Origin: Octopus sinensis
Taxonomy: Eukaryota
Length of the DNA: 64,000 nt
Direction: 5' to 3'
NCBI RefSeq assembly: GCF_006345805.1
Contig: NC_043000.1
Coordinates: 100,626,001-100,690,000, forward strand
Part shown: one piece after another, positions 1-11,690 of the stretch
Layout: each line of letters opens with the position of its first letter
How positions within the stretch are numbered: position 1 is the first letter of the stretch
Notes under the pieces: model-generated
Databases searched by the model: none
What the model was told of the DNA's origin: nothing
What the model saw: the letters and a program-made list of their open reading frames with translations, nothing else
Translations under genes and position numbers: made by a program

Positions 1-3000
1 ATGGAAAGTGTTCTGCGTAGGATGTGTGCAGTGCCTAGTAGTGCAATTTTCTGTATGTTATATGTGTTTGTAAGTCCTGGTGTTTTTGTTATGTATTTGT
101 CTGAATATTTTTTTATCATGCCTAATGCACCTACTATGATAGGAATTGTTTCTGTTTTCAGATTCCACATTCTAGTTACCTCTATTTCCAGGTCTTTGTA
201 TTTTGAGAGTTTCTCCATTTCTTTTAGAGACACGTTGTCATCAGCCGGTATTGATACATCAATTAGAAAGCATTTTTTTTTCTTCATGATCTCTGACAAC
301 TATATCTGGTCTGTTGGCCTTAATTTCTCTATCTGTGTGTATCGGCATATCCCAGAGTATGGTTGCTTTCTCGTTTTCTGTGACCTTTTCTGGTGTGTGC
401 CTATACCATCTTTTTTCTGTTGTTATTCCATAATGTTGGCATAGCTTCCAATGTATGTAAGTTCCAACTCTGTCATGTCTGTGAATATATTCCTTCTTAG
501 CCAGGACTGGGCAGCTAGAGATAATATGATTTATTGTTTCTTGTGCTGCAATTTATTGGTCTTGTGCTGCAATTAAAAATCCCTCTGTTTCTGCTTTGAG
601 TCCTGAGCTTCTCAACCATTGCTGGGATTTTTCTTTATCTATTTCTTTTGCGTTTAGTTTAGTCCAGTATTTACCATGAAGGGGCTTTTCTTGCCATCGT
701 TTTATCATGGTTCGTTGCTGTTATTTTTAGTTTGGATTTCATTTGTTTTATAGCTTTTGTTGTTTCTTCATCTTCTTCTTCTTCATGTTTATTAGGTGGT
801 ATGATTTCTTGTTTGTATTTGTCAGCTTCCTTAAATACTGAGAACAGTTTTTTGTTTTGCTCGTGTTTTGCCGCTATCTGGATCAGTTTTCCTTCCTTCA
901 GAAGTAGATATTTTTGCAGTCCTATGGTGGTTATTTTATAGTAGTTTTCCAGCTGTATAAGGCCTCTACCACCTTCTATACGTTGTATATATAGTCTTTC
1001 TATGTCAGATTTTGGGTGATGCATCCTAGATCCTGTCAGTATTTTTCTTGTTTTCCTATCTATTTTGGTCAGTTCATTTCGTGTCCAGTTAAGGATATTG
1101 TAGCTGTAACTTATAACTGGGACAGCTAAAGTGTTGATACCTATTATCTTGTTTTTAGCATTGAGCTCTGTGTTTAGTTTTGATCTAACTCGTCTATAAT
1201 ATTCTTTTTTTATTTTCTCTTTCATTTGTTTGTGTTGTGTCTTATCTAGTTCATGGATTCCTAAGTATTTGTAAGTTTGGCTTTGGTCTAATTCTTTTAT
1301 TTCATTGGTTTTATCTAGTGTGATGTTGTTACTCTTAACTAGTTTTCCTCTTTTCAGGGTTACTTTGGCGCATTTTTCTAATCCAAATTCATATATATTT
1401 CTTTGGTAAATCCATGAACTGTCTTTAATAGTGTTTCCAGCTGTTTGTCATTTGCAGCGTATAGTTTTAGGTCATCCATATATAAAAGGTGGCTGATCGT
1501 TTTGCCGTAACATTTATATCCGCATCCAGTTCTATTTAGCATATCAGATAGAGGTGACAGTGCCAAGCAGAAAAGGAGTGGAGAGAGCGTGTCTCCCTGG
1601 AATATTCCTCTTCTAATGGGGATGTCTTTAGTTTTCATGAGTCCCTCTTTTGTTTGGAGGTGTAGGACTGTTTGCCATTTATTCAGAGTGCTCTATGAAT
1701 TTTATGATTGTTGGTGCTACTTTGTTAATGGCTAGTGTTTCGAGGATCCATGTGTGGGGGATGCTATCAAACGCCTTTTGTAGTCAATCCAGGCCATACT
1801 GAGGCCTTTTTCTTCTTTCTGTGGCTGTCTTCAGTTATGGCTTTATTAATCATTAGTTGATCTTTACAGCCATATGAGCCTTTGCGGCATCCTTTCTGCT
1901 CTTCTGGGAACAGTTTGTTTTCGTCCAGGTGCTTGTTCAACCTTTGTGATATCACTGCAGTAAATGCCTTGAACATAGTAGGGAGGCATGTTATTGGTCT
2001 GTAGTTTTCTGGTTTTTCTGTTTCATTTGATTTGGGAATTAAGATGGTTTTCCCCTTCGTGAGCCATTCAGGCATTGTCTCTGGCTCTGCTAGTACGTTG
2101 TTAAAGTTTTCAGCCAGCTTTTTGTGCATTCCTGTTAGATATTTCAACCAGAAGTTGGGGATCTTGTCATGCCCAGGTGCCTTCCAGTTGCTTAGTCTTT
2201 GCAGTGCCTGGGTGACCTCTTCAGTTGTTATGGGGGTCCAAGTTGTTCAGATGCCGAGTTTGTTATTTTGATACTCCTTTTTTTGGTGGTTCGTTCGCCG
2301 ACCATATTTCTCTCCAGAATTCTTCCAATTCTTCTGCCGTTGGTGCTGCAGTGACTTCTATTTTATTTTTGCCCAGTTCTTGGTAGAACTTTTTGGGGTT
2401 GGAGTTGAACTTTTTGTTTTCTTCAAAGAAGCGTTGGCGTTTCTTGTACCGGCGGATCCTTTGTGCTTTGGCAAGGATATCTTGCTTCAGCTTTTCTTTT
2501 ATTTCAGGCAAATCTTTCTCTGTGATGTTATATTTGCGGAGTATTTTTGTTCTCTTTTTGTTGCTCAGTAGCGTTGATTGTTTGCTGATTTCATTAAGAA
2601 TCGACAGGTCTTTTCTAATTTTTTTTTTTTTTGCTTTGGATGTTATTTATCCACAGGGTTTGTTTGGGTGGTGGTACTCCTGTTTGGGCGGGTTTGGGTG
2701 AGTATCCAGCTTCTTTTGTGGCTGCAGTGGCTGCTGCGTATATTAAGTTATTTAGCTCAGTGATATCACTTTTTTTTTATTCAGTGGCTATCAGTTCAGT
2801 GACGGCTAGGTTTATGCTGTTTATAATAGGTGTTGTTATTTCGTTTATTTTGATTCTTGGGAGGTATGGTCGGTGGTCCATTTTGAGCTCTGTGGTGTTC
2901 AGTTCTTTGATTATTTTATTTTTTATATTATCATAATCATTAGGCTCCCCTTCGTTGTTTACATCGTGTTTGTTGGGAATGTTGCGTTTGTCTTCGTGTT

Positions 3001-3016
3001 TTACAGTTTCGGTGTT
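1..3016 (-). mobile_element. R4/Dong-type non-LTR retrotransposon (RT + C-terminal RLE), frameshifted, 5'-truncated, 3' end outside window
   Basis: ORFs 1767-2147 (NYRPITCLPT, EEQKGCRKG), 1378-1638 (RGIFQGDTLSPLLF, HLLYMDDLKLY) and 671-1225 (RLYIQRIEGGRGL). Minus strand of 1-450 reads NRPDIVVRD..FLIDVSIP..KLSKYKDL..IPIIVGALG (PD-(D/E)xK-type endonuclease). Confidence 0.92.
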
Positions 3017-3131
<115 letters not shown>

Positions 3132-3924
3132 CATCATTGCACATCCTATACTTGCAAACGGAGTGTGTGGGAAGCAAAATCATAATGTTTTTATTCTTTG
3201 CAATTAAAATTCTTGCTGTTGTTTTTGTTGTGGCTGTCGTTATCACCGTCGTCGATATCATCATTATTTCGTCTCAGTCCTACCTTGATGCGATGATGAA
3301 AGGCATTCCAGCCTTGACCATGCTACGTTTGATAGAAAGATATATTTTAATATAACCCAAACTTAATTCTTTTTAGTATGATAGAGAATGATTCGCGGGA
3401 GATTTGGCTTCATGTGTGTGTATGTGAGCGGGAATGTATGTGTATGTGTTTGTGCGCGCGTGCGTGTGATGAATGAATCTGAATGAATATTAACAGTTCA
3501 GTACATGCTACAAATGTTTCAAGAGTATGGCATTTTATTTGCATTTAGTGCATTACATCATTAAAATATATATACTGAATTCACACCAATTTTATCAGGC
3601 ATCACCGAATCATTTGAAGGCAAAAGTTGCTTTGTTAGAAAAATACATGCAGGTGGCTGCGGAGCTAATAACCCCGGCCTCTAAGAGCCAAACTAATCGA
3701 TTACTTGTTTTTCAAAATCTAAGGACGCTAAAAGTATTTAGGTATACACGCGCGCGCACACAGACACAGACATGCGCGCGCGCACGGAAACACACTCACA
3801 AAAATTAAGCCAAATCTCTCACGATTCATAAAAAGAATTTAGCTTGGGTTATATTAGAATATATTCTCCAGCAATACACACACATGTACACACACACACG
3901 CACGCACGCACACACGCACGCACA

Positions 3925-3967
<43 letters not shown>

Positions 3968-3977
3968 ATACTATATA

Positions 3978-4325
3978 GTCTTTTACTCTTTTACTTGTTT
4001 CAGTCGTTTGACTGCGGCTATTCCAGAGTTTATTCCTTGTAAGCCTTTGCCGAACCGCTAGGTTACGAGGACGTAAACACGCAAGCATCGGTTGTCAAGC
4101 GATGTTGGGGTAACAAGCACAAACACACAAACACACACACACATATATACATATATATATATACATATACGACGGGCTTCTTCCAGTTTCTGTCCACCAA
4201 ATCCACTCGCAAGGCTTTGATCGGCCCGAGGCTATAGTAGAAGACACTTGGCCAAAGTGCCACACTGTGGGACTGAACCATGTGGATGGTAAGCAAGCTA
4301 CTTACCACATAGCCACTCCTGTGCC
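3978..4325 (-). mobile_element. tRNA-derived SINE, family A (internal TA/TG microsatellite)
   Basis: Head GGAGTGGCT.TGTGGTAAGTAGCTTGCTTACC; many similar copies in the window. Confidence 0.85.
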
Positions 4326-4507
4326 TATGATATATATATCATTGTTGCGTGGATTACAACCTGTATTTAGATTTTGGAATACCATAAAAAAAGAGGGCAA
4401 ATGAACTAAAACACCCATGTCTACTCCGAATTTAGAGTAAAATCAATAATTAGTTGGTCCATGCGTACATATATACGTACGAACATATGTGTATATGCCT
4501 CAATATT

Positions 4508-4925
4508 CTTTTAGTCTTTTACTTGTTTCAGTCATTTGACTGTGGCCATGCTGGAGCACCGCCTTTAGTCGAGCAAATCTACCCCAGGACTTATTAGGAT
4601 TGTAAGTCTAGTAGTTATTCTATCGGTCTCTTTTTGCCGAACTGCTATGTTACAGGGACGTAAACACACCAGCATCTGTTGTCAAGCGATGTTGAGGGAC
4701 AAACACAGACGCACAAACATATACACACACACACATATACATATATATATATACATATATACGACGGGCTTCTTTCAGTTTCCGTCTACCAAATCCACTC
4801 ACAAGGCTTTGGTCGGCCGGGGGCTATAGTAGAAGACACTTGCCCAAGTTGTTACGCAGTGGGATTGAACCCGGAACCATGTGGTTGGTAAGCAAGCTAC
4901 TTACTAAACAGCCACTCCTACGCCG
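4508..4925 (-). mobile_element. SINE family A, near full length
   Basis: A-box/B-box-like head, CTTGGGCAAGTGTCTT core, tail GACTGAAACAAGTAAAAGA. Confidence 0.88.
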
Positions 4926-4941
4926 GTATGAATATATTATA

Positions 4942-5150
4942 CAGGGGTGACTAAAAGTAGGTCAACAGCTACTTTATGTGAGTGAAACGTCCTTTTCATT
5001 TCTTTGTTTCTTTTGTAGTATGAAAAATACTAGACCGAAATAACACGTTAAAGAAATTGTGGGATTCTTATCTTAAAAAAGAAATAGAGAAATAAATAAG
5101 GACGTTCCGCTCACATAAAGTAACGGTTAACCTATTTTTGCTCACCCCTG
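4942..5150. mobile_element. Tc1/mariner-type MITE (fold-back) with TA TSD
   Basis: TA|CAGGGGTGA...TCACCCCTG|TA; the arms are imperfectly complementary over about 70 bp. Confidence 0.88.
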
Positions 5151-5639
5151 TATAATATATACATACATACATTCGTACATTCATGATTAGACACGTGTGT
5201 ACGTACGTATGTATATATTTACATATGAACCAGCAAGTTAATGAGAGAGAGAGAGAGAGAGATAAAGAGAAAGAGAATAAGAAAGAGAGTGAGGGTGTGT
5301 AGACAAGTGGTTAGAGTATTGTACTCACAACCATAGGTTGCAAGTTCGATTTCTGGGCATCATGGCACTCTGTGACATTAGGCATGTCTACACAGCTTTT
5401 TCTTGGCTCAGTTTAGATCAAAATCAACTACGAGCGAGTCCCTGTTTTGTTGATCAGGACAGAGATTCCCAATGAAAACTGATCTTAGGATAGAAATGGT
5501 CGTGACTGAATACTGCCAGGGATATGAATTTCACCGGTGCTGAATCTAATAATGGATTCTATCATAAAATTGCTGAAAGAAAATTGAGTTGGAAATCAAT
5601 TCGGCTACATGATATTGATTGCTGTTTATTACTATGGTT

Positions 5640-5840
5640 CAGGTGGTGAGCTGTCAGAATCGTTAGCACGTTGGACAAAATGCTTAGCAGCACTCCGTCC
5701 GTCTTTACGTTCTGAGTTCCTATGTTGCCGAGGTGGTCTTTGCCCTTCATCCTTTCGGGGTCGACAAAATATGTTTCAGGCGATTAAAACTTACCCTCTA
5801 AAATTGCTGGCATTGAGTCAAAATTTGGAGCAATTTGAAA
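5640..5840 (+). mobile_element. SINE family B (Meta-domain-like), degenerate
   Basis: GGTGGTGAGCTG.CAGAATCGTTAGCAC...TTCTGAGTTC...CCTTCATCCTTTCGGGGTCGA. Confidence 0.75.
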
Positions 5841-5984
5841 CTTTGATAGTGGGGTAGCATCGTTAGAACGTCTTCAACTTTTTATTCATTCGAGATCGAT
5901 AAGATATAATACCAGTCATGTATTAGTATAGTTTAATAGATTAACTTCTCCCCTGAGAGAAGGAGTTTCTGACCTTGTGATTAT

Positions 5985-6150
5985 ATTGGTTTCAAATTGT
6001 TGAACAAGGCCAGCAACTTTGGGGCGGGGTAAGTCGATTAGATCGACTCCAGTGCTCAACTGGTACTTATTATATCGACCCCACGAAAGGATGAAAGGGA
6101 AAGTTGATCCCGCTTGCATTTAAATTCAGAACATAAAGCGGACGAAATGG
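5985..6150 (-). mobile_element. SINE family B fragment
   Basis: Reverse complement of the family B core (CTTTCATCCTTTCGTGGGGTCGATA..TAAGTACCAGTT). Confidence 0.7.
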
Positions 6151-6223
6151 TCTACTTTATGCCCATATTGATTTCAAATTTTGGCAAAAGGTCAGCTCAT
6201 ACCTATATTAAAACAGATTTATG

Positions 6224-6468
6224 TCTATATATAAAGGTGAAATGGCCGAAAGTTGGATGTTTGCGTGTCTCATTTAGTGGTTATGCAGGGTTCAACGGCA
6301 ACAGGCGTGCTTGGATTGCGGCGAAAATTTACAGGGACATGTAAAATGAGATGAGATCATTTAAAATATGGCCCGCGTAGACCCGAATGAAATCGGGCTA
6401 TAATACCGAAACAAGTAAAACAATAATAAACTATTTTAATCCCGAGCAAGACCGGGTATCTCTGCAAT
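6224..6468 (+). mobile_element. Short non-autonomous Helitron
   Basis: Starts TCTATATATAAAG; its 3' ~110 bp matches 7525-7637, including the CCCG..CGGG subterminal hairpin. Confidence 0.65.
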
Positions 6469-7637
6469 TCTAATATATATATTTGTGAAAAGGGCGGACG
6501 TTGTCTCACATGTTGTTGTGCCGGCAAAGTGTTAGTAAATGTGGTCGGATTGAGCTGAAAATTTGCATACCTTTTGAATTCCTCAACAGACAACTACCTC
6601 CCGGACTTCCACCTCATTACCTTAGACTCAAGGCTGGTGTTCCAGTTATGCTGCTGAGAAACGTGGAACCACCAGAACTATGCAACTGTACGCCTCTGAT
6701 CATAAAAAAAAATCGGGACCCTAATTCTGACGACAACCATTCCGAGCGGACCGTCTGCTGGCGTGACAAAGTTAATAACCTCCATGAGCCTTAGTCCCTC
6801 TACAGTGCCATTTGAATTTACGCGACGGCAGTTTCCCGTTAAAAGATGCTTTGCAATGATCATCAACAAGGCACAGGGACAGTCGTTACAAGTAGTTGGC
6901 CTAAATCTGACACAGCAGGTATTTACCTACGGTCAACTATACGTCGGATGCTCCCGAGTCGGCAGCCCACACAATCTCTTCATTTGTGGTAATCCGGGCA
7001 ACACCAGGAACGTTGTCTACAAAGAAGCCCTGCAATAACACTTTTGAACCTACCGGCATTACTCTCCCGTCATTGGAATCATTGTAACTTTCTCAATTTC
7101 TTAGCCCAACTGCATCCACCTTCTTCACGTCGCTGGCCACCTCTGCGACCTGACCACCTCTGCGACCTGGCCACCTCTGCGACCTGACCACCTCTGCCAG
7201 TCAAACTCCCAACCCATGGGTTCATGTCGTGACACTTATTCTGCAAAATTAGGTTGGGTGTGACTACATATTGTATCCAAAACATTGTAAGTGCAGTCAT
7301 ATTATACTATTTCAGTTTTCTGCAGAGGCCTGATTGGTGTTTTGTTTTCTTTTCCAGCATTTTCCCGTCATTCTTTGCCCTTCACATCTGCATCCGCGAG
7401 GTTTCTCCAAACGCTTCTCCAAGACTGCTTAAACATTGGGCATGCTTTTTTTCATTACCAATTTTTAATAAAATTTTCGTTTTTTTTTTTGTGGTGGTGG
7501 TGGTGGGGGGTTGGAATTCCTCACCTTTAAAATGTAGCCTGAGTAGACCCGAATAAAATCGGGTTATAATACCGAAGCAAGTAAAACTAAAAAACTATGC
7601 TCTTTTAATCCCGAGCAAGGCCGGGTTTCTCTGCTAG
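6469..7637 (+). mobile_element. Internally deleted Helitron with C-terminal Pif1-like helicase remnant
   Basis: ORFs 6501-6794 (GLPPHYLRLKAGVPVMLLRN) and 6763-7038 (RRQFPV..FAMIINKAQGQSL..GQLYVGCSRV); 3' hairpin CCCGAGCAAGGCCGGG followed by CTAG|T. Confidence 0.9.
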
Positions 7638-8052
7638 TATTATATAAGCTTTGAACAGATGTTAAACCAACATGAGAGCCTCTACTTTATGATCAGTTAA
7701 CCATTTTAGTACTAGAGGTGAAATGCATGTGTATAAGAATCTGTAGAGAGCGCATTTGTACTCAGAAAAGAAATGTAATATTAATTTTATAGACGCATAC
7801 GCTCATACTAAGTTGCATTTATTAAAATATTACAATGGATTAATATACTAAATTTATATCATACTTCCAATTCCAACTCACCAAACATGTAATAGAGCTT
7901 ATATTTAGTTTTAAGTTTAAAGAAATGTCTTATCATACATTAAAAAAAAAAAGCTAAGCTTTACTTCCCTCTGGAAAACTTAGGCTTTGAACTGATGTTG
8001 ATGTGCCAATTGTCAGCTGATTTGCAAGATTTCTGTAAATCTAACATGTTAA

Positions 8053-8589
8053 CCCTTCTGATACCAATTCATCTGTGGTTGCTTTTGGTTCTATGAAACA
8101 AACTTCCTGCTTTAATATGATCTAGATTAAAAACCTTCCATCGAAATTTTATGCAAATTTAAGTTTCATTCATCAACTTAATATGACAATAATTCTGCTT
8201 AACACTTCGTTATTTTCAGAACTAATTTAAACAAATGTAGTGAGGAATAATTCATGAGCTGCATGCAGAACAGAGGAAGTCCAAACAATAACGTATCTCT
8301 TCGTTATCAGTAGTTTTTGGCCAGTTCAAGCGTGTGCATTCGATCGTTGTTGCTTTTCGTCTTCGGAGAACGTCTCCACATCACCTCAGGCTATATGCGC
8401 TCATATCACACGTGATTCGGGACTTTGAGACAGTGCGGTGTTTCGACCTTATTGTGCATCTCCTCAGTCAAAACAATCGCACCGAGCTGATGTATCTAGC
8501 AAGAGTACAGGCTCTTATTTACAGAAATCAGCAAACAAATTATTTGCTGATGCGTGGTGTGTTTCAATAGAAATACGGTAACGAAAGGG
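8053..8589. mobile_element. piggyBac-like MITE interrupted by a ~310-bp insert
   Basis: TTAA|CCCTTCTGATACC ... GGTAACGAAAGGG imperfect TIRs; the right TTAA is degenerate. Confidence 0.55.
8423..8473 (-). ncRNA. Type I hammerhead ribozyme
   Basis: Minus strand: UUUUGA CUGAGGA GAU-gcacaauaag-GUC GAAA CA-ccgcac-UG UC UCAAAG; full core, 6-bp stem I (one GU pair), 3-bp stem II, short stem III, GUC cleavage triplet. Confidence 0.8.
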
Positions 8590-8599
8590 TTGTTGAGAC

Positions 8600-9400
8600 A
8601 AATTCTTTTCATCGGTGAGTAGCAGAAAGCATTGATGAAATTTTCAGTGCGTGATTGCTCAAAAGAGGATATTTTTCACTATCTGCATAGATCCATAAAA
8701 ATCCCAAAATATATAAACTATTAAATTTGAATATCAAAATGTTTATTCGATTGTAGATAAATTAACTCGAGATGCAAAGAATCCAGAACTATATCTAGCA
8801 TCTTGCATCAAATATTCATAGTTTGAGCTCATGATTTTATAAATCCCGAAAACGCTTTTAAAATTGATCCAAAAGAATGAAATATTCTGCAGAATATGCT
8901 TCGCCATCAATTCTAGCTTCTTCAATGTTGGAAATTTTTCATGCAACATTTCTTTAGCTGGATTACAAATAATTACAACATTGATTCAAAAGCTCCTGAT
9001 ATTGGCAACATAAGGACAATAAGCTAATTCAGCTCTTGTCATTTACATTTTAGACCATTTATGTAATTAGCGAAATCGACCAAAAATGCCGATTGACAAT
9101 CAATTTTGGTCATCAACTCCCATGATGAGTTTCAGTTCATCTGTCAACTCATATGAACGATTGAGCATGCGGCCTTTGGTTAGCCAATGGACAACAAAAT
9201 AAACCATCCTATTCCTCTTCGATACTCTTAAAAACATCTTAAATTTCACTACTATTCAATCCCTTGTTTTATCTACCTTTTATTGCAACTTTTATTATAC
9301 TATTCATTCATGGAGAATGTTTTTAGAATTTTACAGGTGAATGACATAATGGAACGCTATTAAAGTAGTGGATGGTTCCTTAATTCTTTATTGAGTAAAA
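8600..9400 (-). mobile_element. Highly decayed hAT (Charlie/SPIN-like) transposase fragment
   Basis: Minus strand near 9130-9210 reads VHWLTKGRMLNRSYELTDEL, similar to the hAT motif VRWLSRGKVLxRFxEL. Confidence 0.45.
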
Positions 9401-9461
9401 CGACTTTTCGTCTCAGATCTAACAATAACCTAGAAAATATGTATTGATGAGCAAACAATAT

Positions 9462-10045
9462 CGACGAGCTGGTAGAAACGTTAGCACGCCGGGCGAAATG
9501 CTTATTGGTATTTCGTCTGCCGGTACGTTCTGAGTTGAAATTCTGCCGAGATCGATTTTGCCTTTCATCCTCTCGGGGTCGATAAATTTAGTACCAGTTA
9601 CGCACTGGAATCGATGTAATCGACTTAATCCGTCTGTCTGTCCTTGTTTATCTTCTCTGTGTTTAGCTCCTTGTGGGTAGTAAAGAAATAGGTATTTCGT
9701 GTACAGTTACGTTCTGAGTTCAAATTCCGCCGAGGTCGACTTTGCCTTTCATCCTTTCGCGGTCGATTAAATAAGTACTGGTTACGCACTAGGGTCGATA
9801 TAATCGACTTAATCCGTTTGTCTGTCCTTGTTTGTCCTCTCTGTGTTTAGCCCCTTGTGGGTAGTAAAGAAATAGGTATTTCGTCAGTTTTTAAGCTCTG
9901 AGTTCAAATTCCGCCGAGGTCAGCTTTGCCTTTCATTTATTTATTTTTTTCGGGATCAGTGAAATAAGTACCAGTCAAATACTGGAGTCGTTCTAGCCAA
10001 CAGCCTCCTCCCACGAAATATCAGACTTTGTGCCTTTAGCAGAAA
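9462..10045 (+). mobile_element. SINE family B multimer: one head followed by three ~183-bp internal units
   Basis: GTATTTCGT...TTCTGAGTT unit restarts at about 9508, 9692 and 9875. Confidence 0.88.
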
Positions 10046-11118
10046 GGATAATTAAAATCCAATGTAATCCAATGTGCTGTTAATACAAGTCGGAATGCGT
10101 ACAAATTGATAACTAATAGCCACACCTTAAATACAGTTCCTTAGCATTTATTGTGCGATGTAGTATTCATTTTATCAAGTGTTATTATTGCTGATGAACA
10201 ATGTGGATTTTAATTCGGTCAAAACAGGCTGTCCTTTTCGTCGTTACAAATTAAATACAATAATTTTGAATGCAGGCATCATTTTCAGTTCATTTGCATG
10301 TTTGTATTAACAATTTTTAATCAATATTTTAAAATGTGTGAAAACAGAACCCTTCAGCAATGATTGTTAATAAAATGAAAAATAAAAGACAAAGAATTAC
10401 TGGTTTGATGCAAATGGACAGATAATTTTTTTTTTTTTTTTTCATGGAAGTAAACAAGCAGAAAATAAAAGCAATATTTAAAAGGTAAAAAAGAGCGGAA
10501 AATGCAATAAAATATTACTTTTTAAGACAGCCACAAATTTTAATGAAATGAGAGGGGTAAATGTCAAGGGACACAACTAAACACTGGAAGATATTTTGTC
10601 TGACGCACTACCAATTCTCTCCATAAGCAATGAAAATGTGAGAAATAATTTTGTACTCTATAAAATTTTATCAGAAAACTTAAGACGGTCCCACACTTTT
10701 TAGGGAAGCTATTTATATGGTTGCTCTTGTTGAACGAACACATCTGTAACCAATAGCATTCCAGTAATAGTCATAGCCGCTTTTAGTTTTTAAAAAATCG
10801 AATATAGCGTCCGCGTACTCCGTTATGCAATGTGTATATTCCAATTAACTACAGTCACTCAGAGAGCGCAAACTTCCGTCAAAGCAACACCAACGTCTTT
10901 ATTTCTTTAATTAGGCACAAAACCTCAATAGAGAAAGGACAACACAGAAACAGACAAAATAATACAATGGGGTACATAGAAACACATATCGAATGAATTA
11001 AGGATATAATGAAAAATGAGGGTGGAATGGCTTACCTACCCCCCATTAGTAGGCAGTTCTATTTTACTGTTTTTAAATGAACAATTCAATATCAGTCTTG
11101 TATCTGTTGGTTTGTGAG

Positions 11119-11160
11119 GGCGCAATGGCCCAGTGGTTAGGGCAGCGGACTCGCGGTCGG
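11119..11160 (+). mobile_element. Truncated tRNA-like head of SINE family C
   Basis: GGCGCAATGGCCCAGTGGTTAGGGCAGCGGACTCGCGGTC matches the head of the 40796-41181 copy. Confidence 0.8.
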
Positions 11161-11164
11161 ATGT

Positions 11165-11690
11165 TCTAATACCAGGCGATCGTTTCCTGAAGGAAGAGGA
11201 GATGGGCTTTCACTGTGACCTTCTTCTGTTTCCCCCACGGTCCTGGATTACCGCTTCTGATGATCTTGCTATGGCAGCCCACAAATCTGCGTCATCTTCC
11301 TCTCACCAGTTTTCCCATTCGTGACAGACTTTGATGTCCTTGTACAAGGGATTATTTTCCTGAAGTACTTCCATCAACTTTTTCGAACGCACATATTCGT
11401 GCATGTAATGTCCTTTATATGTCAATCTACGCTTGAGTTTTATTGGGATGACCTCGGCCGAATCTTGCAGTCTTGGTAACAATGACACAACAGACTGCAA
11501 CTTAGATGGTATATTGACAGCGCTGCCATAAATAGCCTTTTGTCCGCTTATGGGTAGCCCCACAAGTTTCATGAAAGGTCTCCGCTAACTGATCAAGCGC
11601 AGTTCTAGTGTCCTCAAATCTTCTAGTTCTGGCGGTATCTTATCCAGCTCCATACCGTTAAGCAATGACTGTGCAGGCACTTGGTTTATC
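11165..11690 (-). mobile_element. Helitron/Helentron-associated coding fragment (DUF6570-like)
   Basis: NGMELDKIPPELEDLRTLELRLIS..PFMKLVGLP..GQKAIYGSAVNIP..LPR..IKLKRRLTYKGHY..NPLY. Confidence 0.7.

Noticed and set aside
1-444. 147-aa plus-strand ORF (also 28249-28830 minus)
   Set aside because: Antisense shadow frames of the Dong coding regions.
9462-10045. Regularly spaced repeats suggestive of a CRISPR array
   Set aside because: Whole units are homologous SINE bodies with no unique spacers, there are no cas genes, and the context is eukaryotic.
10188-10238. CTGATGA...AAAACAGGCTGTC hammerhead-like string
   Set aside because: GAAA is absent and stems I and II do not pair convincingly.
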